A stretch of DNA of 64,000 nt, from positions 462,934-526,933 of the forward strand of contig MU053520.1 of assembly GCA_013239625.1 (NCBI GenBank), written 5' to 3'. The notes under the pieces are model-generated. The model had not been told where the DNA came from. It saw only the letters and a program-made list of their open reading frames with translations, and did no database searches. The position numbers and the translations under genes are program-made. The stretch comes from Lama guanicoe. Taxonomy: Eukaryota. Positions 24,870-38,700 of the stretch are shown here, piece after piece (within the stretch, counting starts at the first letter, position 1; each line of letters starts with the position of its first letter).

Positions 24870-27780
24870 CATAGTGAGTGTATCTTTAGACCTGAAGTAA
24901 GTCTCTTATAAACAGCATAGATATGAGTAATTTTTTAAACCACTGAGCCATTCTATGTATTTAATTGGAACATTTAGTCTATTTACATTTAAAGTAGTTA
25001 TTGATAGATATGTACTTATTACCATTTTGTTCATTCAGTTCTGATTGTTTTGTAGTTTTTTTTTCCTTTCTTTTTTGCTCTCTTCCCTTGTGATTTGATG
25101 ACTATCTTCAGTGCCACTTCTTTTGCTCCATTCCTTTGTGATTTTATATCATTTTCATGTGTATCTATTACAGGTTTTTGTTTTGTGGTCACCATGGGGA
25201 AAAAATATATACATAATTTTAAATTGATCATCTCAAAGTTCCAACACATTCTAACCAGTTTACATTTTTACTCCCCTCCCACATTTAATGTTTTTAATGT
25301 CATATTTTACATCTGTTTTGTGTATCCCTTAACTACTTTCCTTGAATATAAATGATCATACTCCTTTTGTCTTTTAACCTTCTTAACTAGCTTTAAAAAT
25401 GACTGATCTACTACTTTTACTGTATGTGTACCTTTACCAGTGAGATTTTTCCTTTCACAACTTTCATATTTCTAGTTGTGAAGTTTTCTTTTCCACTTAG
25501 AAAAGTCCCTTTAACATTTCTTGTTGAGCAGGTTTAGTGGTGTTGAACTCTTTTAGCTTTTGCTTATCTAGAAAGCTCTTAATCTTTCATTCAAATCTAA
25601 ACAATAAACTTACCAGGTAGATTATTCTTGGTAGCAGATTTTTCTGTCATAACTTTGAATATGTTGTGCCACTCCCTTGTGGCCTTATGACTCTTCCACT
25701 GAAAGGTCAGCTGATTATCTTATGGGAATTTCCTCATATATATCTAGTACTTTTTCCTTGCTGGATTTTAAAATTCTCTCTGAGAGTAAATGAATAAATT
25801 CCTAGAAAGGTACAATCTCCCAAAACTGAATAAAGAGAAAGAGCAAGTATGACTATACTGGTTACTAAGTAATGAAATTAAATTAGTAATAAAATTAAAT
25901 CCCAGTGAACAAAAGTGCAGGACCAGATGGCTTAAAAGGTAAATGCTACTAAACATTTGAAGAAGAGATAGTACCTATCCTTCTCAAACTATTCAAAAAA
26001 GTTGCAGGGGATAAAGTGCTTCCAAACTTAGTCTAGGAGTCCAGAATCACCATGATCTCACAACCAAAGAAACTACAAAAAAAGATTACAGACTAATATC
26101 ACTGATGAACATAGATGCAAAAATCCTCAACTAAATATTAGGAAATTGAATTCAGCAATGCATTAAAAGAATCATACACCACAATCATGTTTGATTTCTC
26201 CCAGATTTACAAACATGGTTCAATATTTGCAAATCACTCAATGTGATATACTACATTAACACATTGAAGAATAAAAATTTTATGATCATCTCAATAGACA
26301 CAGTAAAACTTTTGACGAAATTCAACATTTTTGAATAATAAAAATCCTCAACAAAGTGAGTATAGAGGGACCATACCTCAGCAAAATAAAGGTCATATAT
26401 GACAAACCCACAGCCAATATCATAACTAATATTGAAAAGCTGAAAACTTTTTCTTTAAGATCAAGGACAACACAAGGGTTCCCACTCTCACTACTTTTAT
26501 TCAATGTAATATCTGAGGTCATAGCAATCAGACAAATAAAAAATAAATAAAAGGAATCCAGATTGGAAACAAAGAAGTAAACTTTTACTGCTTGCAAATG
26601 ACATAATACTATATATGGAAAAATCCTAATGACACCATCAAAACTTATTAGACCTAATAAATAAATTCAGTAAAGTTGCAAGTTACAAAATTACTGGACA
26701 GAAATATGGTGCATTTACAGACACTTAAAACAAATTATCAGAAAGAAAAATTAAGAAAACATTCTCATTTACAATTGCATTAAAAACAATAAATGCCAAG
26801 GAATAAATCTAACCAAAGAGGTAAAAGTCTTGTACTTTAAAAACTATAAGACATTGATGAAAGAAATTAAAGATGGCACAAATGGAAAGATACACTGTAC
26901 TCATGAATAGGAAAATTAATATTGTTAAGATGACCATACTCTTCAAGGCATGAATCTATAGATTCAATGAAATCTCTATCAAAATACCAAAGACATATTT
27001 CAAAGAATTAGATCAAATAATTGTAAAATTTACATGCAAACAAAAAGACTCCAAATAGCCAACATTATGAGAAAGAAAAACAAAGCTGAAGGTATCACAC
27101 GCCCTAATTTCAAACTACACTCTAAAGCTACAGTAATCAAAACAGTATGGTATTGACACAAAAACAGACACAGATCAACAGAAGAGAACAGAGAGTTCAG
27201 AAATAGACCCACATTTACATGCTCAAATAATTTATGATGAAACGGGCAAGAATATATAATACTTTCTTCAATAAATAGTATTGGGAAAACTAGACAGCTC
27301 CATAAATAATAATCAGAGTGGATTACTTTCTCCCCCAATATACAAAAATAAAATCCAAATGGATTAAAGACTAAAATGTAAGACCTGCAATCATAAAACT
27401 CTTGGAAGAAAACATAGGTAGTATGCTCTTTGACACTGGACTCAGCAAAAATTTTTGTATTGGTCTTCTCAGGTAAAGAGAACAAAATAAAAAATAAATA
27501 AATTGGATTACATCAAACTAAAAAGCATTTACATAGTTAAGGCAACAATCAACAGAATGAGAAGGCAGCCTACTGAATAAGAGAAATATTTGAAAGTGGT
27601 ATATTTAGTAAGTGGTTAATATCCAAAATATGTAAGGAACACTTATAATTCAACATCAGAAAAACAGCCTGAGTAAAAATAAGCAGAAGACTGAAACAAA
27701 CAAATACTTTTCCAAAGAAGACATACAGATGGCCAACATGCACATGAAAAAATACACAACATCACTAATCATCAGAGAAT
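24870..27780 (+). mobile_element. L1 with an inverted 5' segment (24870-25780 antisense, ORF1 end/inter-ORF/ORF2 start) joined to a sense ORF2 RT region (25781-27780); decayed
   Basis: Sense part contains RT motifs (SLMNIDAKIL..., IEGPYLSKIKVIYDKPTANI, ...QGFPLSLLLFN); antisense part contains ORF1 'TISADLS'-like and endonuclease-start sequence. Confidence 0.85.
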
Positions 27781-27946
27781 ATTTGAGAGGCTCTCTTTAA
27801 GAAAAAGAAAAAGCAGAATATGAGTGAAAATTTAGATACAAAAGGGGATATTTACTTAGAATTTTAAAAAGAAGAGGCTTTTCAAGGAACCCAAGCAAAT
27901 AAGGAGAACAGAAACTTCATTATTTTTCAACTAAATCAGCATCTGA
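27781..27946 (+). mobile_element. hAT-Tip100 MITE fragment (MER45-like)
   Basis: 'ctctctttaagaaaaagaa...', terminus 'ctaaatcagcatctg'. Confidence 0.5.
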
Positions 27947-29279
27947 TGAACACGTTGTCTCAAAATGTGTAAGTAAATAATGAAATAAACATTTGAAAGG
28001 TCAAAGTGTTTTCTTCTTTAAAAAGGGGTCAAGGATGTTTGCTTTATGTAATAAATTTTGAGCTTGTACCATTTAGAATAATGTATATATTTAATTTTTA
28101 TAAAATTCTCTAAAGTAATTTTAATAAAGTATATTTATGCACACAATAATTATGATATAATGTAATTAACTGAAAGAGGTTAAGTCTAGGGAGACTCACT
28201 CAGTACAAACTGAGTACAAAAAACTGTCAGCTTTTTACATTTTACAATGGAACCATGGTGTTATAGTCTTTTTGTTTGGCTTTAACCTTAATCCTTATTG
28301 ACTAGTGATGCTTTTAAATCCTTATCCAGGAGTGGTACAGTCAAAGTGAGAGTTCTATCCAAGCATCTGAAAGCAGAGTGTGTCCATATAAAAATCATTG
28401 TAATGCATTTCTCCTGCTTTTTTTGTAAAAAGAGCCACAGGTTCCTTTTCCATAAAAGGAATCAAAAACACAAACACTTAAAAAAGTTATTTCATTAGTG
28501 GCTTGATGGATTCTTACTCTATAAATACACATATTAAAACAGTTTTTTTGGTTTATTGCTAGCCTGATTAAAAGTTAAAGATTTCCCTAAATATACTTTC
28601 ACTATTAAACATACATAACCTTGAGAGGTTCAAACTTTAAAACTTTATAGTGAGTTTTAAAGACATAAGTATAGGCTCTAATCCAGATAATGTCTTTCAA
28701 TGAATTTAGTAATGATTTTTATAACTTAGTAATAATTAGAGAAATAAATGCATGTTCTAATTTGCAACATAAAATGGGAAACACATTTCCAATAAAGTAT
28801 AAATGTTATGCATTTCTAACTGAACTTTAAAAAGTCTCTCAGTCAACCCCAATGGAAAAACAAAAACAAAACAAAAGCACAAATGTGTGATTTTCCAATT
28901 ATTTGTATACTGACATCCTAGCATATTATATGATACATTTTAAATGATCATTTTTATATTTAAAATGTTGAATTTTATTTGCTACACACTAAGGTATATA
29001 TTGCTGTCAGGCAATAATTAGTTCATGCCTCTGAGTTCTCTTCCCAAGAAGAGTGAATGATTAGTGAGATTTTCTCATTTACATTGCCTCTTATTTTCTC
29101 CTTGCTGACAGCAGAGCCCAGTGAACTTTTTCCTCTCAATATACTCTCTTTATCTGAAGATCTACTCATATTCTAAATTTAATCTTAATTCAGACAAGAC
29201 ATCCATGACCAAGATCATGGTTGTGGAATTTAACAACTGTGTTGCTAGGTCTCCTGTGTTACAGTTATGTACCTGCTTT

Positions 29280-29490
29280 GCCCGCATATGCTCAGCTGCT
29301 CCACTATCAATATCCTGCCCCCGAGGGGTATATTATAATCAATGGACCCATGCTGTCACATTATTATCACCCACAGTCCATAGTGTATATTAGAGTTTAC
29401 CCTTGGTGTTATAAACTATATGGGTTTTGACAAATATATAATGACCTGTATCTGCCGTTATAGGACCAAACAGCAGGGTTTCCATTTTTG
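29280..29490 (-). mobile_element. L1MC 3'UTR fragment
   Basis: 'cacattattatcacccacagtccatagtgtatattagagtttacccttggtgtt...tgggttttgacaaatatataatgac'. Confidence 0.75.
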
Positions 29491-32160
29491 GCCACAGAAT
29501 TACCTCTCCTAGGGCACTACGTGAGTGAGCTGATCTCCTGTAAGATCCCCTGAATGAAGACCCCCTGCCAGCCTAGATTTTTAATTACCACTTGCGTTAC
29601 CAAGCAAAGGGCTTGCTGCCCAACACACATAGAAGCCAATACCGTGGCACTGACTTTTGAGAACAGAAAAAGCTTTGTTGTGATGTTGACTTGCAAAGAG
29701 AAAGGAGGGATGCTCAAATCTATCTCCCTGATCTCTGGGAGCATACAGAATCACTGGTGGGGTGGATTTTGATTGGAGTGCTTTGGAACTTAGCCATTTA
29801 TAGTAAGGTATGATAAAGGGACATCAGCACAGATCTTCCTATACAACAGACTCTTAACTTCTGAAATGGTTTCAATATTCAGGTTCTGATCATGTGCTGG
29901 AAACTTCTGTCTGGGTGTTGTTTGAGGTCAAAATCTTCTCTTCTATGCATTAACTGTGGTTTTGTTCTGCTGTCTCTGAAAAAACTCAGTATCTTGGTAG
30001 AAAGAGGATAAGACCAGTTTGGGACTAGTTCTGAAGTTACAAATGCCCTTTTTATGTTGTTAATTCCACCATCTTGAGAGGTAAGGGGTGATAACAGTTC
30101 TGGCTAATTTCTATTGGTAAGGGACATTGACCTAACAAAGGCTGAGGACATGTGACAAACAGTAAGTACAGAGTTTGATAAGAAGGAATGGAAATCCTAG
30201 CAAGCCACAAAACAATGATACCCAGTTTAAGCAATCTTTCTAATATTCCCTTATTCCCAATGGGTTTCATGGGAAGACATTTGCTAAAAGATCAAATCCA
30301 GGTTCTTGTGAGGACACTTGTTAGAACTAAGTTGCCTGCTGTCTAATTTTTTCTACTTCTGAGGAGGGGTTAATAAAATCACAACATGATGCGTTGACTA
30401 CTGTTGTCTAACATCATATTCTTGCTTAGAAATGAAATTCCTTCTGCTAGGCACCTATGGCTTGAGCTCTCTTGCTACCATTCCTAAAGAGAAAGATTTC
30501 AGTGTTCTAAGAAGAGATCACGAGACCGTAATTTTATAGCTGGCAAATGCTTGCAGATTCTGTTTAGGGAATGGCTGGTGGTGACTTTGAGTCTCACACA
30601 GTTCAGAAAATTAAAGTTCTCAATAACATAGGAACATGTCTGAAACCACATAAAAAATGGCCACCCTACTCTTTCAAATGCCTGAACCACAGTTACTCTA
30701 TAATGATTATTAAGTTCATTATTTTCCTTAATGATTAAAGTAGATGTACAATGTATATTTGACAGGTCACAAAACAGGATGTTTTGGTTAGCATAACATT
30801 TAGGTTAAATTATATATTAGCCACAATGACTTCCCCATACCTCCATAGGTGAAAATTTCCTCTACCCTTTTTTCCCTGTTAATTGCAAACTTTGTAATAG
30901 AAAGCACTACTGATCAAAATATTTGTCCCTGGAGGCCAGGTTGGCTGCTGTCTGCCTTGGGTTTAGCATCATGTCCCTTCATTCTAGGTCTTCTCTCTCT
31001 CTTTCTCTCTCTCGCTCTCTCTCTCTCTCTGAGTATATATATATATATATACACTCAGCACAGCATGTAATGGGCCAGATTCCTGTATTAGTTTTATTTC
31101 ATGAGGCTAGATATACCACAAAGGGTGGAGGAGACACACACACCCTTCTACTCAGTTTTTCTTTAGTGTTTAAAATAAGTTTGAGTTATAAAATGGAATT
31201 AAACACTCCAGGTATGTATATGAAATGAAAACTTACACTACTTTTTTCTATAAAAGAAAAGACTAGACTGATCTAAATATTTTATTGTCAACTGTGATCT
31301 TTAAAATAAATCCTATGTGGTTTTAAAATCTGATTTTTCATGAAAATGTGCCTCTCTCTTAATTTATTCATCCTGCATGTCAGGCTTTAAGACCCAAAGG
31401 CATTGTTAATACCATTTGCTGGGATTCTGTGGCTGGAAAAGGCGACAAGTCAGTGACTTTGATACTGCAGGTATTAATTCCATGTTCATGGTTTACTATG
31501 GAAGTCATTTTTCATATTATTCTGTAATGTATTGTTAAACTAAAACCATTGTATTAAGACTTTAAAATGTAAGCATTACAATTCTGAAAATATACATTTT
31601 AAGAAGAAAAATGTATTTTACATATTTTTTTATATTTTATATTTATACACACACACACACACACACACACAGATTTGCTTAGCTATCCAGGCTGGGGAAA
31701 ACTAATCAGACACAGAGAACAGCACATAGGTATGCTGACAGGGAAATATTTTACAGGCTATACATTTGATAAATTATATCAAATTGTTGCACACACATTG
31801 CACAAGTTCTTGTAACAGTAGACTTAAAACAAGAAGTGATACATGTCATGAGTGGTTATACTCTGTGACAAGTTTACTAGAGAATTTTCTTTCCATTCTG
31901 AACAATGGAGCAAAAGTTAAGCTAGAAGTAAAACAATAAGCTTCAACTGTGATAAGGAGACACATGTTTAGTTAACAGTATGACTGAATTTGCAGGATGA
32001 GTCTTACAGGCCTGGTATTGATTCTCGGGTCAGCTGTCTACCACTGCTGTTGTCCCCTTCTCATCCTGACATGGGCACTGCTTCTCCTCTTTGAGCATTG
32101 CTTTAAGGTGAGCTTGAGGACCACAATTCCTTCTACAGAACAGTCTAGTATAGAGGTCCT

Positions 32161-32292
32161 TCTTAAGTGGGAACTATACATTCAAGAGTCAATTTCCTTT
32201 GGGTTCACTGTGCATGATCTAGTTAAAAATACCTGAGAAAGGTCCTTCCATCTAGGTCTGAGGAAGTCCTTTGAATGATGCCTTTTCCAGTG
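32161..32292 (-). pseudogene. Retroviral pol/integrase C-terminal (GPY/F-region) remnant
   Basis: Translates HWKRHHSKDFLRPRWKDLSQVFLTRSCTVNPKEIDS*MYSSHLR, fitting the class-I ERV pattern WKRH...L.PRWKGPYQVLLT...WIH.SHLK. Confidence 0.75.
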
Positions 32293-32632
32293 TGCATGAT
32301 CTTCTTATTACAGGTTATGGAGCACCTGATTTTTATCCACAGATAGATTACTGTGATAAGCTTCAGAAGCAAACTTGGAAAGTTCTCTTAATAATCAATT
32401 AAACTCTATAATACTGCAACATAGCAACAAGGAGTCATCCTGGAAGTGAGTCTTAGGCAGTAAATACAAAACCTCAAAGAATTAACAGTGCTAGAATTTA
32501 ATGTCTACAAAGGCATATTATAGAAATATAAATCTTCCTCTCTAAAATTATCTTCATTTCTACCAAATGAAGCCAAATTAAAACTAATTTGTTTGCAAAA
32601 TAAGTCTGATTTCAATAACTTCAGCCTGATTT

Positions 32633-32638
<6 letters not shown>

Positions 32639-32675
<37 letters not shown>
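32639..32675. repeat. (TG)n microsatellite inside the ERV internal region
   Basis: Directly visible. Confidence 0.9.
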
Positions 32676-32678
<3 letters not shown>

Positions 32679-34922
32679 TGATCATACAGAGTCTTTTAAA
32701 CTTGGCTTTGCTGGAATTTTTCATAAGGGATCTCAGATTGAACTTTTAAAATGTGTCTCAAAGCCAGGAAAGCCACACGGAAGGTTTCCTATTTGATTCT
32801 GCTCACAATATCTGTAAATTTGGGTGAATTCCTTTCTCTTTGAAGTCTCAAAAATATCTTGAAATTCTTACACCTCTCTGGAAATGACCTTTCTTATTCA
32901 CCTGATAAGGCTGATGGAAATCTTACAAGCAAGGCACCAGGTTGTTTTCTCAAGAGGCTTTATGGCTCCATGAAGTTCACCTCAGTATTTTGAAACCATC
33001 TGGGCATATCTGACTCTATGTATATTCTAAAATTGGATATTTCAGTAATAGATATAGTAAATAACCAGTGTTTCCAATTATGTCCTGTTATAAGGAGAAC
33101 AGATCCTTATTGAACTAATGTAGATAACTACATTGCTGTATTAAGAATACTCACTAAGAGTTTCTGAAATCTGAAGGGATCAAGTGAAAAGAAAAAATAA
33201 ACATTTCAATTCTGCTTACAAAAATATAATTTACTAAGTTGCTGTAAATCCTAATTTAGCTAAGGTAAAGGTTTTCTTATATCTGGAAAACACAGATTAA
33301 AAGCCAGGACTATTTTAGATAAAACACATAAAAATTACAACCATATTCATCAGTCCACTCAGTCCTATCTATCTGATCCTTGACCATGATCTTTTGTTAA
33401 CAGTTTTATGAAGCCATCAGGGTTTCAACTAGAATTCTTTACTTTCTTACACAGTTCAGTGGTATGATCTGAAAGTTATCAGAAACTTACACTTGTCAAA
33501 AAGTCCTTTCTATGACTCTTCACGTAGATGCAGCATTTTTGCAAAGGCATCAGAGTAAAATGAAGTAGACCAGATAGTCACTTTGGGTCAGTGACTAAAG
33601 CCTGTACCCCACAGGGGGCTGCAGAGGCTGTCTCAGAAATTTGGCCCCTTCCTTATTGCCAGAAATTGTTACCAAATAAAGGAATCTCTGCCTGCCATGC
33701 ATAGAAGCCAGTGCTATGGCATACACTTTTGAGAAAAGAAAAAGCTTGCACAGTCAACCTGCAAGGAGATGAGTTAGAAGAGGAAGTATGTGGAAGAGCT
33801 GGCAAGGCAGATCTTCATTAGAGGACTTTGGATCTTGGCCATTTATGGTAAGATGTGGTGAAGGGGATTCAGCACTGGATCTTTTCAGACACCTTTCTGA
33901 AAGGTTCTGGTATTCAGGTTCTGGTCATGTCCCAGCCCTTTGGTTCTGTGGAGGGGGAAACTTTTATTCTAGTGTTGTTTGAGGTCAAAATATTTTTTCC
34001 TACAAATGCTTCAGCTGCAGGAATTGCAATTTTGTTCTGTTGTCTTTGAAAAGTAACTCAGTATCAGGATAAGGACAGTTTGGGGCTGGTTCTGTGGTTA
34101 CATTTGTTCCATAATGCCTTATCTGTACTCTATTCATCTCACAAGATCCCATCACATTTTAAATGTTCATCTTTTGTTAAATTAGGTTGACAATTTTGAT
34201 GATCTTTGAACATTGTGACTTACATCCCTGTCTCCACCTCCATGTTCATAAAGTGCAATTGGGTCTGTTTATTTTCACACCCAACTGACTCCATCAGACT
34301 CACTGTTTTGGCTATTAACTCCTTTTTAATATTTATATATTAAATTTTCTATGAGGGAAATCTCCTGCCTGAATCACGATGTGGTCTTGAATACACAAGC
34401 AGTAAATTCTAGTGAACAGAAGAAAAAGCTACTATTTATTTTGAAATTAAACTTGCTTGTTATCTTTACTATATTTGTGATAATAGGACAAAGGAACAAC
34501 ATGTATTATTTTAATAATAGACATAAAAGACTCAAATTTTATTTTAAGTATATTTTGTTTGGAACCTGTGACACCCTTGGGAGATATCTCATCTGGAGCA
34601 GATGGATCATATAGAATAGAATCTTAGGACTTTGAAGGACCATGAAGATTATGTAGTTCTCTAAATGTGTGTTCCAAATGAGGAGACTGAAATTTCACTG
34701 CTTAATGGGAGTTACCCAAAATCATTCAGTTATTTGATAGTGATGGCAGGACTAAAATCTAGGTCTCCTTATTCATCATTTAGTGTCTTTCCTCTGTGTA
34801 TTATTTATAAGGTAAATGGTTAAGAAGAGAATGCAGGTGTGGAAACAGAAGACCAAAAACTGCCTTTCAGAGAGCCTCACAGTGTAACTCTGTGCTGTTA
34901 AACTCACCACGGGTAAAATTTA

Positions 34923-35703
34923 TGTGATATAATAAGAAATGCATATCTGGTCTTTGTCTCTGATTCCTGGTATACATTTTCTAAAGTGCTTGGAATATTC
35001 AAAGTGATGAGTGTCTTGCATGCTAATGAGGTGACTGGTGGCTGAGGGCCCCCAAGTATTTTCAGGATTGGAGCTGGTCACCAGAAAGACCAAGGCATGA
35101 TTAGAGGTTTGGAATTTACAGCTCCATCCACAACCTACAAAGCAGGAGAGGAGCTGGAGATTGAGTTCAATCACTAGTGGCCAATTGTATAATCAGTTTC
35201 ACCTACATAATGAAATGTCCATAAGAATCCCTGAACTATGAGGTTTGGAGAGCTTTTGGGTTAATGGGTGCATCACCATGCTGAGAGGATGCTACACCCC
35301 AAATCCAGAGGGATAGAAGCTCCTATGTCCAGGACCTTTTTGGAGATTGCCCAATGTGTATCATTGTCTGGCTACTTATTTTTATCCTTTATAATAAACT
35401 GATAACTACTAGTAAAGTAATTCACTGAGTTCCATGAGTGGTTATAGAAGATTATCAAACCCAAGGGAACCTCTAATTTATAACTGACAGATCAGAAATA
35501 TGGGAGGCCTGGGACTTGTAATTGGCATCTAATGGTGGTGGGGCATGAGTCCTTGACCGGTGGGGTTTGTGTTAACTCCAGGTAGCATAGAATTGAATTG
35601 TAAGACATGCAGTTGGTGCTGGGAAAATTGGAGGACTTGTTGGTGTGGGGGAAATATAAAAACAAACCCTCCCATTTGGTGTCAGAGTGTTGTGAGTAAA
35701 AAC
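34923..35703 (+). mobile_element. MER21-type LTR
   Basis: 'tgtgatataataagaaatgcatatctggtctttg', 'gctggtcaccagaaagaccaaggcatgattagagg', 3' 'catttggtgtcagagtgttgtgagtaaa'. Confidence 0.85.
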
Positions 35704-38700
35704 ATGAATCTGATTCTCAGAATTGCAGATTCAAAAATGTAACTTTATGAATATTCCTTCAAAGGCCACACTCTATGATGGCAAACATGTTAAAAAAATT
35801 TACATGAGTCAGACAGCAATGTTAATTTCTTAATTTATAGTGGAAATGTTATGTTTTCAAGGACAAGAATCTGGTGTTCTTTACCCAGGATTTCAAAGAA
35901 CTTCTGAAATAAATATTTAGAAGTTATTTTAAAAAATAATAGGTCTAGCAAGTATTGATCAAAAGTAGTTGATGTTTGCTGTCTTTATCAAAGGTTTTAT
36001 CATTTAGGATATGTCAAATCTTTTCCATCTGAATAGACTCTTTATAGGAGAGTTAACCTTATGAGCAGGTAGAAGAATTTCTGAATTGTTGACTGTTGTT
36101 CATTGGTGCCTTAATACACTGTATAAAAAGATATACATATATATATATAGAGAGAGAGAGGGAGAGACCATTACGCTCTTTATTATGGGACTGCTCTTTT
36201 TTTGACTAAATAAAGAAATAAAAAAAGAAATAAATAAAGTCATCAGTCTATCAATAGCTTTACTTTGATAAGCAAAACTTTTCCTAGAATTTTATAATTG
36301 ATTCGTTATTTCAAGGAAAGACAGTATGCATGCACAAAGCTAAGTCTTACCATGTGGCAAGTCTGATGTTGATAAATATTATGGTCAATACAAGCTATTG
36401 ACTGTAAAGATGCTGCTATTTCATAACACATATATACTTCTTACTTAATAAATTAAAATATAGAATGAAAGCCTAGTGGTATCCATACAGGAAAAAATTT
36501 TTTAAAAACAAGTTCAGATTTATAGATAAGGGCACAGATCTATTATGTCATTGCTTCAAGTTTTAACTTAACCATTGTCATTATAAATAATTATTAAGCA
36601 AGATGGTACATCTTTCTTGCTAATGAAGAACTCTGCAGAGGTTAAAAATGGAGGGATGATTTATTTGGGTAGTTGATAATTATTTAGCTGAATCTCTCTC
36701 CTAAAACCCTAATGGGGGAGTTGTACAAAATATTGAAGGCTTTTTCTACCCAGTCACATTGTAGCAGCACAGATGCCAAGCCATTATTAAGAATGGAAAT
36801 GTACCAATCAGTGTGGCATGCTTCCTAATTTGCTCCCAGAGCCAGCAAGGAGCACCAACACTGTCTGAGGAGGAACAGGTTCTGGCCAGTAGTTAAACCC
36901 CACCTAAGATTTTGGATAGAACTAAACATTGCTTGTGTATAATAAACTTTAAGATAATTTTTTCTTGAATCCAAACCAAGGTATTTATTTGATAAGTACC
37001 TCAAATGTTATTGTGAAAAGTCAGCCTCTCCTGCATAAGTGGTCTCCCAGCAGTGAGCAGCAGTTGTATATATCCCAGTTCATTTAAGAATCTCTCTATT
37101 CCTCTTTGAACATTTTGTTAAAATTTAAATACACTGCTGGAAACAAAAAATCATCCCATGATAATAACCCATGGCTTACATTCTACCCTCACTCTCTCAC
37201 TCCCCCCACACTGCTGTGTGTATTTGACCAAATCAGTTTCTTGTTTTAAATTCTCCAGTGCCTCTTCTGCTTTTTCCCCTTTCCATACAGAAAGCCTATA
37301 TATAGAAGATTTCACATACAAATATTGTATGCAAATATTATAAACTCAACCTTAATAAAAATTTTAATATGCATCTAAACAGCAGTAATAGTAATTATTT
37401 ACAGTTTGTGTGCAAACAGTGAGCTATCTTATGACCCAATCTTTATAAAGTCTTTCCATCTGGTATGCTCAGGCAGTGTTTCCATAGATCTACTGAACTA
37501 AATGCCAAATGGCATACAATTTGACTCATCTGTTCCTTCATGCTTATCTATTTCTATTATCTATCTACCTACTTATTTTATCAAAATAAGTAAGTATCTT
37601 GAATGTGACTACAAAAAATTTAGTTCTTGACTTTAAGAGTGAATGCATATCATAGTTTAGGATAAATAATATTTTTAAATTATGTGCTTTTGATCAAAGT
37701 GTATATGTAGAATAAAGGATCAGAGTGAATACATTTTACACAATATCTGAAAATCTTTGGTAAACATATAAATACAAAAATCAACATGCTGTCATATTTT
37801 CATGATCAGTTTGCTGAGTAATCCTCTAAAGGGATTAATCAAAAATAAAATATTCAATTTTGAATACACTTTGACCTGATTACTTTATTTCTGACAATCT
37901 TTAATAAAGACATAACTAGCATCCACAATAGTATTTAATGTACACCGAATTAGAAATAACCTCAACTTCAACTGGAGAATTATATTATTTTACAAACATA
38001 TAATGGAATATTATTCATATGTTAAAATGTTAAGCTAAGTTATACAACATTAAAATATTAATATGATAATATTAAGTGAAACAGTTTGAAAATTATATAT
38101 GACATATTATCTTGACTTAACAAGCATATCAAGAATCAATTGCAAAAATTATACTGAACTATTAACTGCTCTTGTATTGGGTAATAAAATGTGACATTTT
38201 CCCTCATTTTTATTATCAAATTTTCAAAGTATCTTTAACATGTGCACAACTTTCACTTTTGAAAGATAAACTATACTTCATTTAAAAAGAAGAATGAAGA
38301 AGAATCCAAGAAATGTGACAATTCTGCATCAAAGCTTAGAGAGTTCAAATAATCTCTTTTGTAGTCTCTCCAAGATTATTCTCATCTAAATTTTACTTAA
38401 ACTCTTTTGTTAACAAATATACAAAGTAAACTATTTGTACTTGTGATAGACTTCATAGTTTCATTAAGTTAGAAACAAATTAGCAGGTAATTGGTTTGAG
38501 AGTATCTAACAGCTGCCTTATTGGTAGATAACTTATTAAAGTGAGTCGGTAAATGATCTCCCAACAAATTAAAAATCTATATCCCTCTTTTTATTCATCA
38601 GAATGCCAAACATATACAGACACTCCATCTTATCCAAATAGACAAATCAAAGCAATACTTAAATTACATTTGTTTTTCACTTGAGGCTTCTCTTCGCTTG

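Larger units (their letters stand above)
29595..34102 (-). mobile_element. Two-LTR non-autonomous ERV1 provirus (MER4-group-like internal region)
   Basis: Homologous LTRs at 29595-30041 (3' LTR) and 33667-34102 (5' LTR); 4-bp TSD cttg/tttg; PPT at 30042-30053; decayed PBS at 33644-33661; integrase C-terminal remnant at ~32161-32292. Confidence 0.85.
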
